DNA from: Mycobacteriales bacterium | GTDB taxonomy: Bacteria > Actinomycetota > Actinomycetes > JAFAQI01 | Direction of reading: 5' to 3' | Assembly (NCBI GenBank): GCA_035548055.1 | Contig: DASZTL010000002.1 | Coordinates: 18,017 to 82,016, forward strand | Length of the DNA: 64,000 bases | Part shown: positions 54,017 to 62,538 of the stretch, piece by piece | How the letters are laid out: every line of letters begins with the position of its first letter | Numbering within the stretch: position 1 is the stretch's first letter | Made by a program: the position numbers and the translations under genes | The notes under the pieces: generated by a model | Database searches by the model: none | Seen by the model: the letters and a program-made list of their open reading frames with translations, nothing else | What the model was told of the DNA's origin: nothing

Positions 54017-55404
54017 CAGCCGGTCTTGACCTGGAGCTGGTGCGCCTTGTTGGTGATCGGCGAGTCCGGAACCGCCATCCCGCCGCCACCGAGCACGACC
54101 CCGCAGGTCCCGGCATACACCGCGGGCAGCGGGTAGATCGGTAGCGCGGGGGAGCCCATCGGGTCCGGGTCCTCGTAGAACTGGAAGCCCGGCTCGTTGG
54201 TCACCTTGTGCACCTCGCGCTGGCGCCAGTAGTCCATGCCGCCGCGAGCGTTCTTGGTGCCGGTGGGCGATGCGTTCTTCCGTGAGGTGTTGCAGTTCTT
54301 CGGGGAGTCCGGCTGCGGCTCGTCCTCGCCCTGCTCACCGCCGCTGTTGCAGTTGTAGGGGTCCCATTTCTTGCCGGTGTAGTCGTACACGTTGCGCTCG
54401 GAGTCGCGGCCGTGGCCCCGGCACTGGTTGTGCTTCAGATCTTCGCCGGTGTTCGAGTGGCACCCCTCGTAGACCGTCTGCTTCTGGCTGGTCAGTGAGA
54501 GGCAGATGCCGTCGGCGCAGAACCCGGTCGCGGCGTTGAGCAGGCCCTCGGGCTGCGACAGCGTGCCGGACTCGGCGAGTCGGTACGGCGTGAGGGCGAG
54601 CATGACGCCGCCGCCGTCGGACGGGCCGTTGATGCTGCCCTGGCTGTGCGGAGAGGTGTACGGACCTTCGCCGTCGTGCTCACCGTTGTCGCTGTTGTCG
54701 TCCATCCCGTAGTAGAGGATGAAGCCCTCGGTGAGGAGCTTGGTCAGGTTCTGCTCGGTGCCCGTGTCGGGCGTGAGAGTGGTCTTTCCGAAGTCGCCGC
54801 CCGGGATCCCCTCGCACTTGTAAGGGAACGACGGGAGCATCGCCGCGAGCGGGCAGTAGTACTCGTAGTAGTCGGCGTTGAGGCTGAACCCGGCGCCCTT
54901 CTTGTTGTTGCCGCAGCCGTACTTCTGCTGGCTGTTGGCCTTCCGCACCGTCGTGTACTTCTCGCCCTCGGGGGCGCGCCCGCCGGTGCCGTCGGTGTTG
55001 ACGGCGATGCAGGCGGCGTGCGGCGAGCCGCTCTGTCCGGGGAAGCCCAGCGAGTACAGGGTCTGGGTTCCCTTCGAGTGCTCGTCGTTGGGTGACTGCA
55101 TGATCCCGGCCGACACCCAGTAGGTGTTCAGCTTGCCGTGGTCACCCTGGCGCTTCGAGTTGTTGTAGCCGTTGTTGGGATTTCCGTCCGTCGTGCCACC
55201 GCTTTGCAGGCTGAGCTGGGCGTTGTGGCAGCCGGGATAGGTCTTGTAGGCCGGAGTGTTCCAGTCCGTGTCCTGGTAGTTGCAGTGCTGCTGCGACGGG
55301 CTGTAGGTGCCTCCGTTCACGGCGAAGGCCACGCCGGCTCCGGCAACCGAGAGCACGAGACCGGCGATGCCGGTGAAGGAGAGGGTCGCGATCCTGCTGC
55401 GCAT
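54013..55404 (-). CDS. Cysteine-rich (14 Cys) secreted hypothetical protein with atypical composition
   Basis: 463 aa. Signal peptide MRSRIATLSFTGIAGLVLSVAGAGVAFA and AGGAGG Shine-Dalgarno sequence. Asn/Gly/Tyr/Lys/Gln/Asp-rich. Visibly lower GC than its neighbours. I recognise no family. Confidence 0.7.
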   Translation of the reverse strand: MRSRIATLSFTGIAGLVLSVAGAGVAFAVNGGTYSPSQQHCNYQDTDWNTPAYKTYPGCHNAQLSLQSGGTTDGNPNNGYNNSKRQGDHGKLNTYWVSAGIMQSPNDEHSKGTQTLYSLGFPGQSGSPHAACIAVNTDGTGGRAPEGEKYTTVRKANSQQKYGCGNNKKGAGFSLNADYYEYYCPLAAMLPSFPYKCEGIPGGDFGKTTLTPDTGTEQNLTKLLTEGFILYYGMDDNSDNGEHDGEGPYTSPHSQGSINGPSDGGGVMLALTPYRLAESGTLSQPEGLLNAATGFCADGICLSLTSQKQTVYEGCHSNTGEDLKHNQCRGHGRDSERNVYDYTGKKWDPYNCNSGGEQGEDEPQPDSPKNCNTSRKNASPTGTKNARGGMDYWRQREVHKVTNEPGFQFYEDPDPMGSPALPIYPLPAVYAGTCGVVLGGGGMAVPDSPITNKAHQLQVKTGC

Positions 55405-55427
55405 GCGGAAGCCTCCTGCGGGCGAAC

Positions 55428-55445
55428 TATGACGCTTGCGTCATA
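55428..55445. promoter_or_regulatory. Perfect 18-bp palindrome upstream of the Cys-rich protein gene
   Basis: TATGACGC-TT-GCGTCATA (8-bp arms), 24 nt upstream of the ATG at 55404 on the minus strand. Confidence 0.5.
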
Positions 55446-55540
55446 TTCATCGTCGACCACTTCGACATCTGCTCGCCACTTCCTGCGCGTGCCGGATCCC
55501 GCCGCGGGCTCGTGCTTGACGGCCAAGCCGTCGAGTGGTG

Positions 55541-55568
55541 CTATTTATCTACCTAACTAGATAAATAG
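55541..55568. promoter_or_regulatory. Putative YtrA/GntR operator: perfect 11-bp inverted repeat abutting the gntR start
   Basis: CTATTTATCTA-CCTAAC-TAGATAAATAG. A strikingly AT-rich element that ends 2 nt before the GTG at 55571. Confidence 0.6.
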
Positions 55569-55570
55569 AG

Positions 55571-55969
55571 GTGACAGTGATCGAGTTCCACTTGGACAGC
55601 CGGTCGGGCGTCTCGCCGTATCAGCAGATCGTTCAGCAGGTCCGCCACGCGCTCCGGCTTGGTCTGCTCGAGCCCGGCGACCAGCTGCCAACGGTCAAGG
55701 ACGTCGTGGCGTCACTCGCGATCAACCCGAACACCGTGCTGAAGGCATATCGGGAGCTCGAACACTCGGGGCTGGCTGCCGGCCGGCCGGGAGTCGGCAC
55801 GTTCGTCACCGCGACGTTGTCGGATGCGCCGCTCGCTGCGCAGCTGCCGCTGCGAAGGGAGCTGGAGCGCTGGCTCGTGAAGGCGCGAACGGCCGGCCTT
55901 GATGACGAGTCCATCGAGGCGCTGTTTCGTGACTCCTTTCGCAGCGCGTCCGCGCGGGACATCGCATGA
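55571..55969 (+). CDS. GntR family transcriptional regulator, YtrA-like (short effector domain)
   Basis: 132 aa. PYQQIVQQVRHALRLGLLEPGDQLPTVKDVVASLAINPNTVLKAYRELE winged helix. Followed by ABC ATPase and permease genes, as in ytrA-type operons. Confidence 0.88.
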   Translation: MTVIEFHLDSRSGVSPYQQIVQQVRHALRLGLLEPGDQLPTVKDVVASLAINPNTVLKAYRELEHSGLAAGRPGVGTFVTATLSDAPLAAQLPLRRELERWLVKARTAGLDDESIEALFRDSFRSASARDIA

Positions 55970-56859
55970 GTAGCGCACTGACCGCGGCTGGCCTCGGCAA
56001 GCGGTACGGCCGCAAGTGGGCGTTGCGGGGGTGCACGGTGGAGATCCCGGACGGCCATGTCGTCGGCCTCGTCGGTCCCAACGGAGCAGGCAAGAGCACG
56101 CTGCTCAATCTGATGGTCGGCTTGCTCGCCCCCAGCGAAGGCTCGCTCGAGGTACTCGGCCGCCGTCCTGCCGCTGACGCCGAGCAGCTCGGGCGCGTCG
56201 GCTTCCTGGCGCAGGACGCACCCGTCTACGGATCGATGTCGATCGCTGACCATCTGCGCTTCGGTGCCCATCTCAACCCGCGCTGGGATGCCGGGTTCGC
56301 GCAGGAACGCCTCGATGCGCTCGATCTCGATCCCAAGCAGCGAGCCGGTCGCCTCTCGGGCGGGCAGCGAGCGCAGCTTGCCCTCACGATGGCGCTCGCC
56401 AAGCGACCGCAGCTCCTCTTGCTCGACGAGCCTGTCGCGGCACTCGATCCCCTGGCGCGACGTGACTTTCTCGCCACCCTGACGTCCTACGTAGCCGAGC
56501 ACGGGATCAGCGTCGTGATGTCCTCGCACCTGCTCGCCGACCTCGAACGGGTCTGCGACTACCTCCTGCTCGTTTCCGCCGCGCAGGTTCAGCTCGCCGA
56601 CGAGGTCGAGGAGCTACTCGCCCACCATCGACGGATCAGCGGTCCTCGGCGGGACCTGTCGACATTGCCCGCTGACCAACAGGTCATCTGGCAAAGCCAC
56701 ACCGAACGGCAGACGACGGCGGTGATCCACCTCGAAGGTGCGATACACGATCCGGCGTGGCAGGTTGACGAGCTGTCGCTCGAGGACGTCGTACTCGCCT
56801 ACATGGGCGGCGGGGCGCAGGCGCCGCCGAGCCGTCCGTTGCTCGGAGTCGCACGATGA
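55966..56859 (+). CDS. ABC transporter ATP-binding protein
   Basis: GPNGAGKSTLLN, LSGGQRAQL and LLLLDEP. ATGA overlap with gntR. Confidence 0.9.
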   Translation: MSSALTAAGLGKRYGRKWALRGCTVEIPDGHVVGLVGPNGAGKSTLLNLMVGLLAPSEGSLEVLGRRPAADAEQLGRVGFLAQDAPVYGSMSIADHLRFGAHLNPRWDAGFAQERLDALDLDPKQRAGRLSGGQRAQLALTMALAKRPQLLLLDEPVAALDPLARRDFLATLTSYVAEHGISVVMSSHLLADLERVCDYLLLVSAAQVQLADEVEELLAHHRRISGPRRDLSTLPADQQVIWQSHTERQTTAVIHLEGAIHDPAWQVDELSLEDVVLAYMGGGAQAPPSRPLLGVAR

Positions 56860-57911
56860 CGTGGATGAGCTGGCGCCAGGTGCGATCGGGAGCGTTCGCC
56901 GCGTTCGGGATCCTCGTCGCCATCGTCGTCACCCTCGGGTTCACCGGGGTGCATCTGTCCAACCTCTACGCCGACTATCGGTCCTGCAGCGGCTTCACAT
57001 GTGGCTCGTCGTTCAACGCCGTCACCCGCAGCTACCACCACGTGAGATGGGTCGGCGCGCTGTTGATCCTCGTTCCCGCGTTCGTGGGCATCTTCTGGGG
57101 GGCTCCGTTGGTCGCCCGCGAGCTCGAGACGGGGACGTTCCGGCTCGCGTGGGCGCAAGGGGTGAGCCGCGAGCGTTGGCTCACGAGTCGCTTGGTGGTC
57201 TCCGGAGTCGTGTCAGCGGTCACGACTGGTGCGCTGACCTTCGCTTTCACCTGGTGGGCGATTCCGATCGATCGCCTCCAACACAACCGCCTTGCCCCTT
57301 CGGTCTTCGCCGAACGCGGAATCGTTCCCGTGGCATACGCGCTGTTCGCATTCGCCCTGGGCACAGCGGTAGGCACGGTGCTTCGGCGAACAATGGCAGC
57401 GATGGCTGTCACGCTCGTCGGCTTCACCGCGGCGCGGGTGGTGACCCAGATCTACGTCCGACCGCATCTGCTCTCGCCGCTGACGAAGGTCGTGCCGCTC
57501 AACGCGCAACTCGGCATCGGCATCGATCGGACCACCGCCGGACTGCATCTTGTGCCGGACGGCACGCCGAAGCTGCCTGGAGCTTGGGTCACCGGAAATC
57601 GCATCGTCGACTCGGCGGGCCACGGTCCGACCACTGCGTATGTGAACCACGCGTGCCAAAGCCTGCTGGCCCACACGCCGCCGCCGGGGACAGGTGGACC
57701 CGGCCCCAAGGGGCGGCCGATCGACGGTCCGGCATTCCAGGCGATGCAGGAGTGCCTGAACAACCTGTCGGCGCGCTTCCACGAGGTGGTGTCCTACCGG
57801 CCGGCCTCGCGGTTCTGGGAGCTCCAATGGCTGGAGTCCGCGATCTTCCTCGGGGCAGCCGCGTTGCTCGTGTCGCTGTCGGTCTTCTGGGTCCGGCGCC
57901 GGTTGGTCTAG
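56856..57911 (+). CDS. ABC-2-type transporter permease
   Basis: 351 aa with about 6 hydrophobic helices and a large loop. ATGA overlap with the ATPase gene. Confidence 0.75.
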   Translation: MTWMSWRQVRSGAFAAFGILVAIVVTLGFTGVHLSNLYADYRSCSGFTCGSSFNAVTRSYHHVRWVGALLILVPAFVGIFWGAPLVARELETGTFRLAWAQGVSRERWLTSRLVVSGVVSAVTTGALTFAFTWWAIPIDRLQHNRLAPSVFAERGIVPVAYALFAFALGTAVGTVLRRTMAAMAVTLVGFTAARVVTQIYVRPHLLSPLTKVVPLNAQLGIGIDRTTAGLHLVPDGTPKLPGAWVTGNRIVDSAGHGPTTAYVNHACQSLLAHTPPPGTGGPGPKGRPIDGPAFQAMQECLNNLSARFHEVVSYRPASRFWELQWLESAIFLGAAALLVSLSVFWVRRRLV

Positions 57912-57915
57912 GCGG

Positions 57916-60258
57916 TCAGCCCTTCTGGTTCGCAGTCCGCGCGTACGGCCGGCACGGCTCGTTGCGCAGGCTGCCGCACTCGGGCAGACCGGTCGGGACC
58001 GAGATGCCCGGGATCACCGGCAGGTAGAGCGCCGACGGTCGCGACTTCGAGAACGCGAGCGAGACCTTGCTGGTGCCCTTCACCGGACGGGGGTGCTGGA
58101 AGGACCAGATCGGCTGGGCGCCGTTCGGTGCGGCGATGGTGACCCGGATCCGGCTGCCCGCGCGGTAGGCGTGGCCTTCGTAGTACAGCGGGATCACGAC
58201 CTTGACGTACTTGCCCTTGGGCATCGGCCGCGCGTCCTGCTCGCGGAAGCTCGGAACCGGTGCGAGCAGCGTGCTCGGCTGGGCGAAGATCGTGTGCTTG
58301 CGGGTCTCGAGCTTGCGCTCACTGGCTCGAAGCCAGCCACCCTGCACGAACACCTCGTTGTGCTCGGGTGTCACCTCGCTGACGGTTGCCTGGAGGTCGA
58401 CGTCACGGGTTGAGGACTTGACCCAGAGGTGGATCGAGCCGGCGCCGACGACGGTTGTGTCGGTCTTCAGGGGAGGTGTGATGTAGGACACCGCGGTGCC
58501 AGCCGGGTTCTGCTTCCAGTTCCAGTGCCACTGCGAGGCGTTGCCCCACAGCCCGCCGCTACCCGTGCTGCCGATGAAGTCGGTCAGCGGCACCGCGTGC
58601 GGGTCGGCGGTGTACTTGTCCACGCCGCTGCCCGCCCGCTTGGCGGTCAGCTTGCCCCCACTGCCGAGGAACCACCTCGTCGCCTTCGTGTTCGGGATCG
58701 GGAACTTCGAGAAGGACTTGCTGAACCCGGCGTACGGGTTGCCGGCCGTGTACTGGCCGAGCGGGTCGGTGCCCGCGCCGTTGTCGAAGTTGACGCGGAT
58801 CGACGGCTGGGCCTTGAACTTGGCCAGCGCCGCGTCGTACGTCGGCTGCAGCTGAATCGGGTCGACCGGCAGAGTGACGATCGCACTCGACGGAAGGCCC
58901 AGCGCCATCTGGTAGACCACCGGCGCGGCCGCTTTGATGACTGCCGAGTTGATCAGTGGTGCCTGCTTCGCGACGTAGAGCTCGAGGAAGTCGTACAGCC
59001 GGTTGAACGTGTCCGGGTCGAGTGAGTCGGTGTGGACGCCGTTGGTGAAGGTGAACCACTTCTGCTTGGTGCCGGTGAAGTGCTGCGCGAGGTTCATGCA
59101 GTGCCCGCCGGTCTGCTCGTCCTCGAACTGACACGCCATGAACGTCGGCACGTGGATCTTGTGCACGAAGGTGAGCGGGTCGAGGCCGTCGGCGTACGAC
59201 GGGTGGTAGTGGGTGTTCGCGGCGATCGTTGCCGGCAGGTCCTGCGCCTCGCCGTGCAGCACCTGGTTGCTCTTGCAGGTCTTGTCGCCGGCCAGGATCC
59301 GCTTGTAGGCCCAGGTCTGGCCGCCGTGCGGCCCGGCCGGCTTGGCCTGGTACTGCCGCTCGTTGGCCCACGCGACGGCAAACCCGTCGTTGAGGATCCC
59401 GCCCGGCTCGAGCGTCGTCGCGGTGGCGTCGATCACCGAAAGTGGCGCGATCGCAGCAAGTGACGGCGGGTTGGTCTGCCCGGTGAACAGCTGGCTGATG
59501 CCGCCGTAGGAGATGCCCTCCATGCCGACCTTGTGGTTCTTCACCCAGGGCTGGCGCGCGATCGTCTCGATGACGTCGTAGCCGTCGAGCGACTGCATCC
59601 GCTCGAAGAAGTTGAACGACCCGCCGGAGCACCCGGTGCCGCGCATGTTCACATCGACGACCGCGAAGCCCATGAGATTCGCGAGGATCGCGATGCCGCT
59701 CTCCGGCCCGTCCGGGTTCGCGTACCCGTACCCGGCGTACTCGATGAGCGTGGGGTACGGCGGGGCGTAGTCGGGAATTCCGGACGGGAGGACGACGTCA
59801 GGCAGCCCGAGGCCGGCCGGGCTCGTCGGCGGGTGGACGTAGTAGGCGAGCTTGGTGCCGTCGCGGGTGGTCAGGTAGCCGTAGCCGTGGTCGGGGATCG
59901 ACTGGTTGTAGACGCCCGGGTCCCACGGCTTGTCGGTGTCGCGATGAACCGTGACGGCTGCCGACTTCTGGCCTGCCTGGACCACGCGGTATCCCTTGCC
60001 GGGCTTCACGTCTCGGAAGACGACGCCGCCGAGCGAGTCAGACGCCTGCCTGGCAACGCGGTGGCCGGCGCCGTTGAGGAGGGTCGTCGGTGCTCCGGGC
60101 TGCAGACCGGTCGCGTAGACCTGGCGAGCACCGCCGTGCGCGCTGACCTTCGCCGCAGCGCTTGCGCTGGCGGCTCCGAGCGGGATGACGAGCCCGGTGA
60201 CGAGGAGTACGGCGACGGCGATCTTCTTCACGAGGTCGAGACTTCTACGCCGGACCAA
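57916..60258 (-). CDS. CocE/NonD family hydrolase (X-Pro dipeptidyl-peptidase S15-like), secreted
   Basis: 780 aa. Signal peptide KKIAVAVLLVTGLVIPLGAASASAAA. Nucleophile motif GISYGG. C-terminal beta-sandwich region. Confidence 0.8.
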   Translation of the reverse strand: MVRRRSLDLVKKIAVAVLLVTGLVIPLGAASASAAAKVSAHGGARQVYATGLQPGAPTTLLNGAGHRVARQASDSLGGVVFRDVKPGKGYRVVQAGQKSAAVTVHRDTDKPWDPGVYNQSIPDHGYGYLTTRDGTKLAYYVHPPTSPAGLGLPDVVLPSGIPDYAPPYPTLIEYAGYGYANPDGPESGIAILANLMGFAVVDVNMRGTGCSGGSFNFFERMQSLDGYDVIETIARQPWVKNHKVGMEGISYGGISQLFTGQTNPPSLAAIAPLSVIDATATTLEPGGILNDGFAVAWANERQYQAKPAGPHGGQTWAYKRILAGDKTCKSNQVLHGEAQDLPATIAANTHYHPSYADGLDPLTFVHKIHVPTFMACQFEDEQTGGHCMNLAQHFTGTKQKWFTFTNGVHTDSLDPDTFNRLYDFLELYVAKQAPLINSAVIKAAAPVVYQMALGLPSSAIVTLPVDPIQLQPTYDAALAKFKAQPSIRVNFDNGAGTDPLGQYTAGNPYAGFSKSFSKFPIPNTKATRWFLGSGGKLTAKRAGSGVDKYTADPHAVPLTDFIGSTGSGGLWGNASQWHWNWKQNPAGTAVSYITPPLKTDTTVVGAGSIHLWVKSSTRDVDLQATVSEVTPEHNEVFVQGGWLRASERKLETRKHTIFAQPSTLLAPVPSFREQDARPMPKGKYVKVVIPLYYEGHAYRAGSRIRVTIAAPNGAQPIWSFQHPRPVKGTSKVSLAFSKSRPSALYLPVIPGISVPTGLPECGSLRNEPCRPYARTANQKG

Positions 60259-62521
60259 CCGGCTCCTGCCTGGTCCATCGTCGTGGCTGCAACCGGATCT
60301 GGTGCAAGCCGGGGTGGAGGCTGAGCCTGACGCGAGTGCCGTGCGGCGCCAAGAGGCTGAGAACGGTATGAGTGTCGGTATGGATGACCGCCGTCAGGGG
60401 TCGGCGCGTCGCCAGACGCATCTGGCGCAGCATCAGAGAGATCCGAGAGACGCCCGTCAGGCGGGCCGAGAACGCGTTGCGGAGCGCCGCGCCTGACCTC
60501 GTCACTGTCCAGGTCTGAGCCTCGTAGACCGAGGGCAGCTCGCCGTGATGGCCGGCGGCGATTCCGGTCGACGTGACGGGGTGGGCGACTTCCGCGTGCC
60601 GGGCGAAGGTGCGGACCACCGCCGTCGCCTTGCCGGCGTGACGATCTGCTGGCTGCAGGTCGCGGATGAACCAGGCGTGGTCGAAGCGCAGCCCGACCGG
60701 GCGTCCTCTGCCCGGCAGGTCACTTCCGGCGCCGAGGTCGATGTCGTGCTCGAGCTGCATGCTGCGGGTGAGCTGCACGACGGCCGGCCGCGCGGTTCGA
60801 CGCGCGCTCTTCAGCAGCCGAGCGCCGTAGGTGTAGTCGTTCGCGATGCCTGCTGAGTAGTGGGTGTGACCAGGAAAGACATTCAGTCGATAGCGGTAAC
60901 CGAGGGCGCGCAGGCGGTGTGCAAGATCGACGCCGTTGGGCAGTGCGACATTCACGTCGACATCGCCCTGGTAGATCTCAGTCGGTACGTAGCGCAGGTT
61001 GACGAGAGCCCGGGTCAGGTCGGGGACCGGAAGTGCGACCGGCAGCTGGTCGGCAGTATCGATGGGTCCTTCGATGTCGAAGGCGCCCGCGAACCGGTCC
61101 GGCTGCGTCTCGGCGAAGAGGATCGCGCCGTATCCGCCCATCGAGTACCCCGCCACAGTCAGCCGGTCGGGGTCGATCGTCACGAGCCGTCCGGCGTTTC
61201 GCAGCACCTGGTTGACGTCGCGGTACGCCGCGCCTTCGAACAGGCTGAGCCCGCTGCGAGCCCCGGGGCTGATCAAGACAGCGCCGTTGTCGTCGCCGAG
61301 CTGACGGAACAGCCCCGGAGTGATCGCTGCCATCGAGTTCGCCGTGTAGCCCGAACCGCGAAGCACGAGAGTAGCGGGAACCCGACCACCGCGGTAGGTC
61401 CGCGGGAGATATAGCCCGTACTGCTGCAACCGGCCCTCGATGCCGCTCTCGCGGGACAATCGCGCGGGCGACCGGTAGGTGCGGACCGTGTAGCCGGTAC
61501 CGGACGTGACCCGCTGGCTGAAGCCGCGCCGGAGACGCTTCAGTGACACTGCAGTGCCGAACGAATCGATGTCGTGGTGAGCGAGTGCGACGGCTTGGCG
61601 TTGGTCCGCGGTGCCTTGCACCGGTGCCCCGTAGCGCGGAATCACCTTCGCGATCGGACCACCCGTTCCGGAGGGTAGGAATGTGTGCGTCCCGGGTGCG
61701 GATACTCCGGAGGCGGCCACGAAGCGAAGGGTGTCGTGTGCCGCGACGAGTCGCAGCGGTAGTCGCGTCTGCAGCGTGTTGGTGTACCCGGTCGGGTCCG
61801 CCGCGGCCGGCGCGCGTCGTACCCGACCGGTCACGAGATCGTCGATCCACGCCCCGCGCGCCGTGACCATCACTGCCACGTCGGCGGTGCGCGTGGTCAG
61901 GCCGGAGCCGAAGGGGACGGCCCGCGCCGACCCGTCCCCGCGGCCGCTGTGAAACAGCAGCAAGAGCGCGGTTGTCACAGGAGTGCGCATCGTCGTCGTC
62001 TGAGCCAGCACGTGCAGTGACCGGCCGCGAACCGCGAGGCGCAGCTGCGAGACGTCAGCGGCTTCGACGAACGGGCCGGCACCCGCTTGTGGGCTGGCGA
62101 AGGTGAAGTACACCTGGGACAGGCGTTGCAGCAGAGGGACCAGACTTGAGATCTTCGTCGTCGCCTCGATATCGGCCAGCGTGACCGGGCTCGCCGCGCC
62201 GTACGCCGTCCACGGGTAGTCCTCATAGATCCACTCGCCGCGGTCGTAGTGCGACGCCCCGGCGATGTGCGCGACCCGCCCGTGCCAGTCGGCCAGCCCC
62301 TCGCCCAGGCGGATCGGAGCGTGCTCCGGGTGCCGCCTCAGGTGGCTCACCAGCGGCCGAGCCGCGGTCAGTGGTTCTCCCACGACGTTCAGGCTGCGCA
62401 GTGGGTCCGAGGCTTCGGCGCGCCCATTCGAACCGGCCGCGGAGCCAACCAGCGTCGCACTCAGGCAGAACACGGCGACAGCGACGACGCTGAGGTGTCG
62501 TGCAGGCACGCAGCGCATCAT
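60245..62521 (-). CDS. Secreted multidomain alpha/beta hydrolase (esterase/peptidase S9-like core)
   Basis: 758 aa. Signal peptide. TVAGYSMGGYGAILFA (GxSxG) in the central region, between unassigned N- and C-terminal domains. The 3' end overlaps the CocE/NonD start by 14 nt. Confidence 0.7.
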   Translation of the reverse strand: MMRCVPARHLSVVAVAVFCLSATLVGSAAGSNGRAEASDPLRSLNVVGEPLTAARPLVSHLRRHPEHAPIRLGEGLADWHGRVAHIAGASHYDRGEWIYEDYPWTAYGAASPVTLADIEATTKISSLVPLLQRLSQVYFTFASPQAGAGPFVEAADVSQLRLAVRGRSLHVLAQTTTMRTPVTTALLLLFHSGRGDGSARAVPFGSGLTTRTADVAVMVTARGAWIDDLVTGRVRRAPAAADPTGYTNTLQTRLPLRLVAAHDTLRFVAASGVSAPGTHTFLPSGTGGPIAKVIPRYGAPVQGTADQRQAVALAHHDIDSFGTAVSLKRLRRGFSQRVTSGTGYTVRTYRSPARLSRESGIEGRLQQYGLYLPRTYRGGRVPATLVLRGSGYTANSMAAITPGLFRQLGDDNGAVLISPGARSGLSLFEGAAYRDVNQVLRNAGRLVTIDPDRLTVAGYSMGGYGAILFAETQPDRFAGAFDIEGPIDTADQLPVALPVPDLTRALVNLRYVPTEIYQGDVDVNVALPNGVDLAHRLRALGYRYRLNVFPGHTHYSAGIANDYTYGARLLKSARRTARPAVVQLTRSMQLEHDIDLGAGSDLPGRGRPVGLRFDHAWFIRDLQPADRHAGKATAVVRTFARHAEVAHPVTSTGIAAGHHGELPSVYEAQTWTVTRSGAALRNAFSARLTGVSRISLMLRQMRLATRRPLTAVIHTDTHTVLSLLAPHGTRVRLSLHPGLHQIRLQPRRWTRQEPVGPA

Positions 62522-62538
62522 GTCTTACGCTCCGGAGG

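Noticed and set aside
56738-58027. 429-aa plus-strand ORF overlapping the ABC ATPase 3' end and the whole permease
   Set aside because: It is a different frame from the hydrophobic six-helix permease, which is ATGA-coupled to the ATPase. Its translation is Arg/Pro/Gly-rich and non-membrane.
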